From IMG/VR virus record IMGVR_UViG_3300044530_000662, positions 1 to 64,000 of that record: a DNA stretch of 64,000 nt; one strand, 5' to 3'. The notes below the pieces were generated by a model, which saw only the letters and a program-made list of their open reading frames with translations, ran no database searches and was not told where the DNA came from. The DNA is from a virus. Shown here in pieces: positions 9,643 through 18,740 of this stretch. Numbering within the stretch: the first letter of the stretch is position 1; every line of letters starts with the position of its first letter. A program made the translations under genes and the position numbers.

Positions 9643-9659
9643 TTAGTAAAAAGAAAAAG

Positions 9660-10829
9660 ATGAGTCAAGTACAATTAAATGTAGAAGAGTTAAAGAACTT
9701 TATTAAACACATGGTTGGTAATAACCAACACATTCAAAAGGAAGGTAAAGTTCCTGTAGCTGTAAATATTGAAGGTGATGCTGGTTTGGGTAAAACTTCT
9801 GCTATTATGCAGTTAGGTAAAGAAATGAATATGGAAGTTGTAAAGCTGAATTTATCTCAGCTTGAGGAATTAGGTGACTTAGTAGGTTTTCCTGTAAAAG
9901 AATTTCAGATATCAAATGCTGATGGTAAAACTACTTGGATTAATGAAACTCAGATATCTGCAGCAAGTGCTAAAGGTTATAAAGTTATTGGAAAGAGAAT
10001 GTCACATGCTGCTCCTGAATGGATTCAGGGTAAAGGTGAAGGTGGTTTCTTAATCTTAGATGACTATACTAGAGCAGATCAAAGATTTATGCAAGCAACT
10101 ATGGAGATCTTGGATAGACAAGAATATGTATCATGGAAACTACCTAAGAACTGGCATGTTATCTTAACTACTAATCCAGACAATGGTGACTATAATGTTA
10201 CTAGTCTTGACGTAGCTCAGAAGACAAGATTTATCTCTGTTGAGTTGAAATATGATTCTGATGTATGGGCTAAGTGGGCAGAGAAAGCACAGATTGACGG
10301 TAGATGTATCAACTTTATGTTAATGCATCCAGAACTTGTAACTCAAAGAGTAAATCCAAGATCTATTACTACATTCTTTAATGGTATTAGTTCTATTCCT
10401 AAGTTTGAAGAGAGCTTGCCTTTAATTCAAATGATTGGTGAGGGTTCTGTTGGTGTAGACTTTAGTTCTATGTTTACTATGTTCATTAACAACAAGTTAG
10501 ATAAGATTATCTCACCTGAAGATATCTTGACTAAAGATGAGCAGTACGTGATGAACTCTTTGACCAATGCTGTTGGTAAAGATGATGACTTTAGAGCTGA
10601 TATATCTAGTGTAATTGCAACAAGATTAATTAATTATTCATTAGTATTTGCAAACACTAAACCTGTTCCAGCAACTATGACTCAAAGATTAATCAAACTT
10701 ACAACAAACTGTGATGCATTTACAGATGACCTTAGATATTATATTATCAAAGAGATTGTTAATGGAAACAAAGTTAAGTTTGCTCCATTGATGATGAATC
10801 AGGACGTGGTGAAGATGGCTGTTAAGTAA
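9660..10829 (+). CDS. MoxR-like AAA+ ATPase, partner of the vWA protein
   Basis: IEGDAGLGKTS Walker A, LILDDYTRA Walker B, LTTNP sensor, AQKTRF arginine finger; ATG 9660 preferred over the track start 9630. Confidence 0.85.
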   Translation: MSQVQLNVEELKNFIKHMVGNNQHIQKEGKVPVAVNIEGDAGLGKTSAIMQLGKEMNMEVVKLNLSQLEELGDLVGFPVKEFQISNADGKTTWINETQISAASAKGYKVIGKRMSHAAPEWIQGKGEGGFLILDDYTRADQRFMQATMEILDRQEYVSWKLPKNWHVILTTNPDNGDYNVTSLDVAQKTRFISVELKYDSDVWAKWAEKAQIDGRCINFMLMHPELVTQRVNPRSITTFFNGISSIPKFEESLPLIQMIGEGSVGVDFSSMFTMFINNKLDKIISPEDILTKDEQYVMNSLTNAVGKDDDFRADISSVIATRLINYSLVFANTKPVPATMTQRLIKLTTNCDAFTDDLRYYIIKEIVNGNKVKFAPLMMNQDVVKMAVK

Positions 10830-10884
10830 TTGAACATTAATCAGTTCCCACTAAAAGAAAAATAATTTAAGTATAAACAAATAT

Positions 10885-10909
10885 AAGGGGAGATAATACT
10901 CCCCTTTTT
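10885..10909 (+). terminator. Intrinsic terminator
   Basis: AAGGGGAG-ATAATA-CTCCCCTT followed by TTT. Confidence 0.75.
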
Positions 10910-10921
10910 AAATTTTATTCT

Positions 10922-12211
10922 ATGAAAATGTTTTTAAAACTTGAAGTTGAAGCATATTCAACAGAGGTAGTTTTTAAATTAGAACCCATGAACTGTTTAG
11001 ATAATAGAAATGAACTATTATTAGAAAACAGAATTAATGAGTATTTACCAACAAAAGGAGATAAACTTTATTTCTTAGAGGGTGTAAATGTTCCCAGAAT
11101 TAAGCTTAAAGATTTAGCTTTACAATATGGTATAAAAACAGTTAGAGATGTAAATGATGCAACTCATGTATTTGCTAGTAAAAATACACAAGCAAAAATA
11201 TGTGATGGTAATTGGTTTTATTCAATGAAAACAGCAGATTTTAAAGCTATCTGTGATGATACTAGTATCCATATAGATGACAGATATAGAGAAAATATTA
11301 GAGAAGCTTTAGAAAATTATACAGAAGATAGACTTTTATTTAATTATGAGGAGACTAGTGTAATTAGACATGGTGATAATGTTGCATTAAATGAGCATGC
11401 TGATAAAATTATAACATCAAATATGTATTATAGTGTTGATTCAGAGTATGTTAAATTATCTGAAATACTTTCTACACATAATCTATATGATGAGTCTGCA
11501 ATCTTAAAACATATTAATGGTGATGATGCTACTGTTATAGATGAATTTATGTATGAGCAAATACACCAAATGTTTGAAAGTTCTGATAAAGACAATCATA
11601 TCTTAGCAATGGAGATAATGGCTAATTCTAATTATACTGAATCTTTATTATATTTAGAAATGTTATTTAAAGAACATAGTCATGCTATGGGTAACTGTCA
11701 TACTAGAAATCATGTAAACTTTAAATCTTTAGTTAATTATCTAGGTAAAAACAAAACTTATCTTAGTACTAGTTTAGATGCTATTGTAAGATCTCTTATT
11801 GAGAAAAAAGTAATTACAAAAGATATGATGGATGTTTTAATGCGAAGATATGCTGATGAAATTGCTGATGGTGGAGACAGCACATATTTTAAAGTTAAAA
11901 CTATAACTCTTCATGAAGATTTACTTAAGTCTCTGAATGTTAATTACACTTATCAACATGTTGAAGAGTACACTCCAGAAAGTATTATAGAACTAGTTGA
12001 TGTGCAAAATGAATCTGTACAGGTAGAAGAGATAGCTGATGAAGATATAGAAGATGCATTTACAGTAATTGAAAGAAATGAACTCAAGTCAGAGTTAATA
12101 GCATTGGAAGAAGCAAATCCTGTTTCCGAATCTGAGTTAAATAAAGAATTAGAAGAATCACATAACCATAACATAACACAAACAAATGATACAGACTTTG
12201 ATTGGTTCTGA
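10922..12211 (+). CDS. Hypothetical protein with acidic C-terminus
   Basis: 429-aa ORF; SSDKDNH motif shared with 7788..8189. Confidence 0.75.
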   Translation: MKMFLKLEVEAYSTEVVFKLEPMNCLDNRNELLLENRINEYLPTKGDKLYFLEGVNVPRIKLKDLALQYGIKTVRDVNDATHVFASKNTQAKICDGNWFYSMKTADFKAICDDTSIHIDDRYRENIREALENYTEDRLLFNYEETSVIRHGDNVALNEHADKIITSNMYYSVDSEYVKLSEILSTHNLYDESAILKHINGDDATVIDEFMYEQIHQMFESSDKDNHILAMEIMANSNYTESLLYLEMLFKEHSHAMGNCHTRNHVNFKSLVNYLGKNKTYLSTSLDAIVRSLIEKKVITKDMMDVLMRRYADEIADGGDSTYFKVKTITLHEDLLKSLNVNYTYQHVEEYTPESIIELVDVQNESVQVEEIADEDIEDAFTVIERNELKSELIALEEANPVSESELNKELEESHNHNITQTNDTDFDWF

Positions 12212-13190
12212 TGAACTAGAACAATTTTATAAGAAGAAGTTTTACTTCAGTTACAGTGGAATAAATAAACTATTGTTTTCACCTGGAATGTTTTATAACC
12301 ATTATGTCTTGAATCAAAGAGAAGATAGCACAGACGCGCACCTTGTAGGAGGGCGCGTTTTGCACTGTCTTTTATTTGAGCCAGATAAATATGATGAACA
12401 TTTTATATCTATGCCGGGTAAATTTCCAACAGATAGTCAGAGAAAAATTATTGATAATATTTTTAAATACCACTTGGTAGTTGGAAATAATACATTAACT
12501 TTGGAAGACTACTCAACAGATATACTCACACATCTACTTACAGCAAATCTTTATCAATCTCTTAAAACAGATCAACAAAGACTTGACAAGATTCTAACCG
12601 AAGAGAACAAAGAGTATTTTGCTTATCTTAAACTTAGTCTAGACAAAACAACAGTGGATCAACCTACTTTAGACAATTGTAAAGTAGCAGTTGAAATACT
12701 AAAAAACAATAAAGATGTGAGAACTTTATTGCAACTAGACAAAGATGAAGCAGATAAAACTATTCAAGCTTACAATGAGTTGCACATTAAAGCTGAGCTT
12801 GAAGATTTACCTTTTGGTTTTCACGGTGTCCTTGACAATGTAGTTGTTGATTACAACTCAAAAACTCTGTTTATCAATGACTTAAAGACACTTGGTAAAT
12901 CAATACAAGACTTTCCAGACTCTGTTGAATATTATAGATATTGGATTCAAGCTGTTATCTATACAGTTCTTGCAAAAAGAAAGTTTAATATTGCTGATGA
13001 TTGGAGTATACAAATTACTTTTATAGTAATAGATAAGTATAATCAAGTTTATCCTTACCAAGTTTCTTCAGAAACACTAGTTAAATGGGAGAAAGATTTT
13101 GCAGACATAATCCAGAAAGTGAGATGGCATTATGAAAACAAAAGATATGACTTACCATATGAGCTAGCTTTAGGTAATGTAAAATTGTAA
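12186..13190 (+). CDS. PD-(D/E)XK exonuclease (RecE/Cas4-like)
   Basis: FSYSGINKL, GRVLHCLLFEP, GVLDNVVVD...INDLKT and YWIQAVIY (QxxxY) motifs. Confidence 0.8.
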   Translation: MIQTLIGSDELEQFYKKKFYFSYSGINKLLFSPGMFYNHYVLNQREDSTDAHLVGGRVLHCLLFEPDKYDEHFISMPGKFPTDSQRKIIDNIFKYHLVVGNNTLTLEDYSTDILTHLLTANLYQSLKTDQQRLDKILTEENKEYFAYLKLSLDKTTVDQPTLDNCKVAVEILKNNKDVRTLLQLDKDEADKTIQAYNELHIKAELEDLPFGFHGVLDNVVVDYNSKTLFINDLKTLGKSIQDFPDSVEYYRYWIQAVIYTVLAKRKFNIADDWSIQITFIVIDKYNQVYPYQVSSETLVKWEKDFADIIQKVRWHYENKRYDLPYELALGNVKL

Positions 13191-13194
13191 AATT

Positions 13195-13767
13195 ATGGCA
13201 ATCAATGCGCTTTATAGAAAGTATTTTCAAAAGTCTAAGATATTCTTGTATCCGCTCTTAGATATTAAAAAAGGTAGTATAGTTCCTATTGAGACTTATG
13301 TAAGTTGGAATAGTAGTTATGCTCCCGAGGATGCAAAATTAATTTGTGTTTACAAATCTGATAACACAAGTGCTTTTATAGTTTTTGAAGAAAGTGTTCT
13401 TCTTAAACATAATAGGCTTTGTGATTATATAAAGGTTGATTCAACACAAACTATATTTACATTTGACTTTTCTGATTTAAAAGATGATTGGAATTTATTT
13501 ATGAATGGTAAATATAGCCAAATGAGTGATGTGATAAAGCGCAAAATATTAACTTACTTTGAGAAAAATAGTGGAAACTATAATTATATTCAAAGCTATC
13601 TATTTCCTAAAAAGTATATGGTCAAATATGCTGAGCTGTTAGAAGTTCCAGTAGATTTACTCATTTCTGTAGGTGAACTCTGTGACAAACCTGATCTAGA
13701 AAAAGAAAAATTATTAATTGAGGTGGTAGATTTAGAGAATGTTAATGATTCTAGATTATCTTTGTAA
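13195..13767 (+). CDS. Hypothetical protein
   Basis: 190-aa ORF in the operon. Confidence 0.75.
   Translation: MAINALYRKYFQKSKIFLYPLLDIKKGSIVPIETYVSWNSSYAPEDAKLICVYKSDNTSAFIVFEESVLLKHNRLCDYIKVDSTQTIFTFDFSDLKDDWNLFMNGKYSQMSDVIKRKILTYFEKNSGNYNYIQSYLFPKKYMVKYAELLEVPVDLLISVGELCDKPDLEKEKLLIEVVDLENVNDSRLSL
13757..13764 (+). promoter_or_regulatory. Candidate Bacteroidota sigma-A -7 box
   Basis: TATCTTTG matches TAnnTTTG, 23 nt before ATG 13787; no clear -33 TTG. Confidence 0.4.
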
Positions 13768-13786
13768 AAATTTAAAAACCAATAAA

Positions 13787-14179
13787 ATGAGTGAAAACAC
13801 AATGATGCTTGTTCAAGCTACTTGGCAAGAAAAGCAAACTTTTAGAATGATTCCAATTGCGGATTCATGTCCATATGTAGAATGTATCTTTGACCCTGAA
13901 ACTAAGGTCTTTGTTATCATCTCTAAACAAACCAAACAGTCTTTGCACATGTTACCTAAGTTAGATGACAATGGTGATCCAATGCAGATTAAAACTCCAA
14001 GACCTAATGGTAGAACTTTTAGAGAAGAAAGACACAAGATTGAAGTATTTCAAGAATTTTATGTAGAAGATAAATCTGCAGTAGAAGACTTAATTAAACT
14101 TTTTGCAGTTAATGCTAAGAAGTTTGATTACAAACAATTCTTGGGTACACCAAGTAAAGAAACTGCTGTAAATGAGTAG
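13787..14179 (+). CDS. Hypothetical protein
   Basis: In-frame ATG at 13787 behind an A-rich leader preferred to the track start, which overlaps the upstream gene. Confidence 0.7.
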   Translation: MSENTMMLVQATWQEKQTFRMIPIADSCPYVECIFDPETKVFVIISKQTKQSLHMLPKLDDNGDPMQIKTPRPNGRTFREERHKIEVFQEFYVEDKSAVEDLIKLFAVNAKKFDYKQFLGTPSKETAVNE

Positions 14180-14196
14180 TAATTAAGTTAAACGGG

Positions 14197-14229
14197 AAAG
14201 GGTAAGTAGAAATATTTACCCTTTTTTTT
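14197..14229 (+). terminator. Intrinsic terminator
   Basis: AAAGGGTAAGTA-GAAA-TATTTACCC followed by T8; GNRA loop. Confidence 0.85.
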
Positions 14230-14268
14230 ATTAATTAAATGGGGGAACAGCTTAACTGAACATAACAT

Positions 14269-16179
14269 ATGAAGACTATTAACAAAACCCATTGGGTAAT
14301 GGATTACGAGACCTTATCTAATTGCTTTATAGCTGTATTTGAGGATATTAAGTCTGAGCACAGAGAGATTTTTGTTATACATGAATCAAGAAATGATCTT
14401 GTACCTTTTTTAACTTTCTTGATAAGAAACATAAAACATAATGAATGGCATGTTAGCTTTAATGGTTTAGGTTTTGACAGTCAAATAACTGAATACTTTC
14501 TTACAAATGGTCATGACTTACTTGAGATGTCTGGTGATGAAATTGCCAGATTTATTTATTCAAAAGCTCAATATGTAATTCAAAAACAAAGAGATGGTGA
14601 ATTCTTAGATTTTAGCCCTAAAGATCTTCAGATCAGACAGATTGATGTATTTAAACTTAATCATTGGGATAATCCAGCTAAGAGAAGTTCATTAAAGTGG
14701 ATTCAATATACTATGGATTGGACTAATATTATTGATATGCCTATTCATCATAAAAGTTATATTGTAGAAGAACAAATCCCAGAGATTATAAATTATTGTA
14801 TTAATGATGTTAGGTCTACTAAACAAATCATGCATCTTAGTAAAGAACATATTAATCTTAGGAGAGCTTTAACTGAAGAATACAACATTGATTTGTTCTC
14901 AGCCTCTGAGCCACGGATATCTAAAGAATTATTTTTACATTTCTTGAGTAAGCAAACTGGTATAAAAAAATATGAGCTTAGACAAATGCGGACTCATAGA
15001 CCTAAGATAGTTGTTAATGATATTATACTACCTTATGTAGAATTTAAGACAGCTACTTTTCAAAACTTGTTAAAGAAATTTAGAGAAGTTGTTATCTATC
15101 CAGGTGAAACTAAAGGAGGGTTTAAATATTCAGCACAGTATAAAGGTGTTAAGTCTGATTATGGTCTTGGTGGTATTCATGGTGCTAGAACTTCTAGAGT
15201 TTATGAATCTACAGAAGATATGATTATTATGACAAGTGATGTTACTAGTTTTTATCCTAATCTAGCAATTAGAAACGGATGGGCTCCGGGACATTTACCT
15301 AAAGAAGCATTCTGTCAACTGTATGAATGGTTCTTTGAAGAAAGAAAAAAGATACCTAAGAAAGATCCTAAGAATTATGTATACAAGATTATCTTAAACT
15401 CAACCTATGGGTTAAGTAATGATGAGAATAGTTTCTTATATGATCCTGAGTTTACCATGAGAATTACAATTAATGGTCAGCTTAGTTTAAGTATGTTGTA
15501 TGAGATGATTTGTGAAGAGATTCCGGGAGCTATTCCGCTTATGCAGAATACAGATGGTCTTGAGACTATGATTCCAAGAGAGTATGTAGATAAGTATATG
15601 GAAATATGTGCCCGCTGGGAGAAGATAACTAATCTGCAGCTTGAACATGATAAGTATTCTAAACTAGTTCTTGGTGATGTAAATAACTACATAGCAGTTA
15701 CTGAAGATGGTAAGTCTAAATGCAAAGGTAGATTTGAGTATAAAGATTTAGCTCTTCATAAAAACAAGAGTTTCTTAATTATACCTAAAGCTTTGCATGC
15801 ATATTTTGTAGAAGGTATCAAGCCTGAAGATTACTTAGCACAAAACCAAAACATATTTGATTATTGTGGTGGTGTAAAGATTAAAGGTGACTGGAAATTT
15901 GTAGAACATGCAATTATTGATGGAGAATTTCAAAAGAAAGAAGTACAACATACTATTAGATATTTTATATCTAAGTCTGGTTGTAAAGTAATTAAAACCA
16001 ATCTCTTTGATGGTAGAGAAATACAAGTAGAAGCTGGTCCTTGGATGCAGACTATTTATATTGATCACAAGGAACAATCTTTTGATGATTACAATATTAA
16101 TGTAGCTTTCTATTTAGATAAGATAAAGAAAGAGATAGCTGGATTAGAACCTAATAAAAATCAATTAAAATTATTTTAA
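14269..16179 (+). CDS. polB: Family B DNA polymerase with 3'-5' exonuclease
   Basis: Exo motifs MDYET and FNGLGFD; polymerase motifs SDVTSFYPN, KIILNSTYG, NTDG. Confidence 0.93.
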   Translation: MKTINKTHWVMDYETLSNCFIAVFEDIKSEHREIFVIHESRNDLVPFLTFLIRNIKHNEWHVSFNGLGFDSQITEYFLTNGHDLLEMSGDEIARFIYSKAQYVIQKQRDGEFLDFSPKDLQIRQIDVFKLNHWDNPAKRSSLKWIQYTMDWTNIIDMPIHHKSYIVEEQIPEIINYCINDVRSTKQIMHLSKEHINLRRALTEEYNIDLFSASEPRISKELFLHFLSKQTGIKKYELRQMRTHRPKIVVNDIILPYVEFKTATFQNLLKKFREVVIYPGETKGGFKYSAQYKGVKSDYGLGGIHGARTSRVYESTEDMIIMTSDVTSFYPNLAIRNGWAPGHLPKEAFCQLYEWFFEERKKIPKKDPKNYVYKIILNSTYGLSNDENSFLYDPEFTMRITINGQLSLSMLYEMICEEIPGAIPLMQNTDGLETMIPREYVDKYMEICARWEKITNLQLEHDKYSKLVLGDVNNYIAVTEDGKSKCKGRFEYKDLALHKNKSFLIIPKALHAYFVEGIKPEDYLAQNQNIFDYCGGVKIKGDWKFVEHAIIDGEFQKKEVQHTIRYFISKSGCKVIKTNLFDGREIQVEAGPWMQTIYIDHKEQSFDDYNINVAFYLDKIKKEIAGLEPNKNQLKLF

Positions 16180-17463
16180 ATGCCAAAGAAAATACAAAAC
16201 ACAACAAAGGCCACTTTAATTAGTGTGCCTTTACCAAATCATGCTGCTACTTACACAGTAATTAGTCATCAATTTGTTATTGATTATGCATTCCAATCTC
16301 TTGCTGCTGCAGGATTTAGTATTGTAGAAGAGGAGTATAGATGTACTGCTGATGGACAAATAGCTCAAGGAATTTACAGATTAAATTTTAATTCTGATCC
16401 TGAGTTATCAATGATGTTTGCTTGGACAAACAGTTATAATAAACAAGTAAAGTTTAAATGTGTAATTGGTGCTTATATAAATGAAACAGGATCAGTAATG
16501 ATTTCTGGTAATATAGGTAACTGGGTTAGAAAACACACCGGAACTGCAGATACTGAAGTAAAAGATACTATAGATCAATATGTGTCTAATGCACATATGT
16601 ACTACACCCAATTATGTTCTGATAAAGTTTCTATGGAAGCAGTAACTTTGAATAAAAGAAAACAAGCTCAACTTTTAGGAGTATTATTTGCAGAGTATGA
16701 GATTCTTACTACTGAACAAGCTAATATGATTAGAGAACAAATGAAGAAACCGAAACAAGTATTTGTTAATACAGATAGTTTGTGGGCTTTCTATAATTTT
16801 GTAACTAATGCATTACAGTATTCTCATCCTAAAACATGGTTAGAAGATCAAAGAATCTTACATTACTTTATTGGTACTATCTGTAATTTAAGTGCACCAG
16901 TTCAACCCGTTAGTGCACCAGTTCCAGATTTAAGTACACCACCTCAAGATTTAAGTGCAGCAGTAGAAGAAGTAGATCCTTTATATGTTATTCCTAATCA
17001 GACTAATATCTTAGATCAGATTGCAGATTTAGAAGCAGATGAAATAGATGAGGATATTAGATATGCTGAAAATGATGACACCTATGATGACACCTATGAT
17101 CAAAATGATGACACCTCTGAGAATGATGACAATGAAGGTCCTTTTGATACAGGTATAGATTATGAAGAAGATTCAATAGTTGATCCATCTGACATAACTT
17201 TTCCAGAAATTACTGTAGAAGATGATTTACCTTTACCTAATGATGCAGTTGTAAATTTTAAAGATGTGTTTGGTAATACATTTGAAGCTCCTATAGTTAC
17301 TGATGATTTTGCTACTGAAGATAATTTTGAAGAAGCAAACTTTGATACTCTTGAAATAGAAGAAGAAGAAGTAACTGAAACAGATGATGTTGCTGATTTT
17401 GATTTAGATTTTACTAGTAATGAAACTGAAGAAGATAAGGATAATACTCCTGACTTTTTCTAA
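16180..17463 (+). CDS. DUF932-like protein with long acidic tail
   Basis: N-terminal ~250 aa (TYTVISHQFVID, NSYNKQ, RKHTG) resembles DUF932; D/E-rich C-terminus ending TPDFF. Confidence 0.6.
   Translation: MPKKIQNTTKATLISVPLPNHAATYTVISHQFVIDYAFQSLAAAGFSIVEEEYRCTADGQIAQGIYRLNFNSDPELSMMFAWTNSYNKQVKFKCVIGAYINETGSVMISGNIGNWVRKHTGTADTEVKDTIDQYVSNAHMYYTQLCSDKVSMEAVTLNKRKQAQLLGVLFAEYEILTTEQANMIREQMKKPKQVFVNTDSLWAFYNFVTNALQYSHPKTWLEDQRILHYFIGTICNLSAPVQPVSAPVPDLSTPPQDLSAAVEEVDPLYVIPNQTNILDQIADLEADEIDEDIRYAENDDTYDDTYDQNDDTSENDDNEGPFDTGIDYEEDSIVDPSDITFPEITVEDDLPLPNDAVVNFKDVFGNTFEAPIVTDDFATEDNFEEANFDTLEIEEEEVTETDDVADFDLDFTSNETEEDKDNTPDFF
17072..17131 (+). repeat. Short tandem repeats within the acidic tail
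   Basis: ATGATGACACCT at 17072, 17084 and 17105, partial copy at 17123. Confidence 0.8.
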
Positions 17464-17505
17464 AGATCCTTGCCTTAACCGGCTGGGTTAAACAAATAAT
17501 CAATT

Positions 17506-17536
17506 AAGGGATGCAGAAATGTATCCCTTTTTTTTT
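17506..17536 (+). terminator. Intrinsic terminator
   Basis: AAGGGATGCA-GAAA-TGTATCCCTT followed by a T run. Confidence 0.85.
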
Positions 17537-17547
17537 AATTTTACATT

Positions 17548-17955
17548 ATGGAAAAACAACTTAAAGCAGTGGAACAATTCCACAAAGCATTTGGACAAGA
17601 GAATGGTAAATGGCCAAAAAACATTTCAGCTGATGAATTTGAACTTAGACATAGACTTATGTCTGAAGAGAATGATGAATACTTAGATGCATGTGATGAA
17701 AATTCATTGGTGGAAATTGCTGATGCTCTTGGTGATCAACTTTATATTCTTTGTGGTACTATTCTTAAACATGGTATGCAACATATTATTGAGGATGTTT
17801 TTGAAGAAATACAAGCTAGTAATATGAGTAAACTTGGTGAGGATGGTAAGCCATTATTGAGAGAAGACGGTAAGATACTTAAAGGACCTGGATTTTTTAA
17901 ACCAGATTTAACTAAGTTTATTAAAGTTGACACAAATGCATCCAACAACATTTAA
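17548..17955 (+). CDS. MazG-like / PRA-PH-family nucleoside triphosphate pyrophosphohydrolase
   Basis: LMSEENDEY, EIADALGDQLY, SNMSKLGEDGKP..REDGKILKGP. Confidence 0.85.
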   Translation: MEKQLKAVEQFHKAFGQENGKWPKNISADEFELRHRLMSEENDEYLDACDENSLVEIADALGDQLYILCGTILKHGMQHIIEDVFEEIQASNMSKLGEDGKPLLREDGKILKGPGFFKPDLTKFIKVDTNASNNI

Positions 17956-18127
17956 AAAACATATGGTAGCTTCTTATCTAGCAGGAGCGGCAGCTGTCAT
18001 TGATTCTGATATTAGAGAGTATCTTAGTAAAAAGGAAGCTAATGACTGGTACATAAATGAATATGGATTAACAGTAGCAGAAGAAAAATGTGACTGTTGT
18101 GAAGAAAATGAAGATGGAGACACTTAA
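17936..18127 (+). CDS. Small hypothetical protein
   Basis: ATG at 17936 (MHPTTFKKH...) within track ORF 17927..18127. Confidence 0.6.
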   Translation: MHPTTFKKHMVASYLAGAAAVIDSDIREYLSKKEANDWYINEYGLTVAEEKCDCCEENEDGDT

Positions 18128-18365
18128 ATGTTTTACTTGTAAAATAGATAAACCATTAGAAAAATTTGCAGACAACAGAAGAAAGTATCAGACTAAGTCT
18201 TCTAAAGGAAAATGCTTAGTATGTAAGCTTTGTTCTTTCCAAGATGCTCTTAATACTTTAGGAGTAGTAAGATTTGATTATGCTGATGAAACTTTTAAAG
18301 TAATCAAGTTTAATAGTAAACATGAAGTTGTAGACTTTTTTGAAAAAGAAGGAGGTGAATTTTGA
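18108..18365 (+). CDS. Small Zn-finger-like protein
   Basis: CFTC...CLVCKLC cysteine pattern; start uncertain (18108 or 18114). Confidence 0.6.
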   Translation: MKMETLKCFTCKIDKPLEKFADNRRKYQTKSSKGKCLVCKLCSFQDALNTLGVVRFDYADETFKVIKFNSKHEVVDFFEKEGGEF

Positions 18366-18691
18366 AATGGTATGTAATTAAAAATCCTCAATGGAAACAT
18401 GCTAGTGGATTTCCAGTAATAAAAAGTGGTTATGGTAATGGTTATGTAGCTGTTCCACCTACCCATCCTGCTTATAAAATACATTATGATAATATTGATA
18501 TTGATGTACATGGTGGATTAACTTATTCACAGCATGGAAATGGTAAAACTGCACCAAAAGACTGGTGGGTATTTGGATTTGATACTAGTCATTTTCAAGA
18601 TAATCTAGAAAACTGGCCTAAAGAAGCTGTAGAAGCTGAAACAAAAAGATTATACTGTCAATTACTTGACATAGAATTGGGAGAACTGTAA
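18362..18691 (+). CDS. Conserved phage hypothetical protein
   Basis: NGYVAVPPTHP...DVHGGLTYS...WWVFGFDTSH pattern; TTG start overlapping the upstream stop. Confidence 0.7.
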   Translation: MKWYVIKNPQWKHASGFPVIKSGYGNGYVAVPPTHPAYKIHYDNIDIDVHGGLTYSQHGNGKTAPKDWWVFGFDTSHFQDNLENWPKEAVEAETKRLYCQLLDIELGEL

Positions 18692-18710
18692 AAGGTTCTC
18701 CCTTTTTTTT
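18679..18710 (+). terminator. Intrinsic terminator at the convergence of the two transcription blocks
   Basis: GGGAGAAC / GTTCTCCC stem followed by T8. Confidence 0.85.
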
Positions 18711-18740
18711 CTGGGTACCTTGAGCTTTAACTATAAACTA

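Noticed and set aside
12186-13190. Cas4 as part of a CRISPR system
   Set aside because: No array or other cas genes; context is replication and recombination
10837-14255. Similar GGGAACnGnTTAA motif in opposite orientations at 10837-10849 and 14243-14255
   Set aside because: Only two imperfect copies, on different strands and on different sides of their terminators; could be chance
14239-14265. Six-codon upstream ORF (MGEQLN) in frame with PolB; possible stop read-through
   Set aside because: Two stops (TGA then TAA) separate it from the PolB ATG; too short to support without comparative data
17475-17491. TTAACC-GGCTG-GGTTAA palindrome upstream of a terminator
   Set aside because: A single 6-bp AT-rich stem with no second copy found
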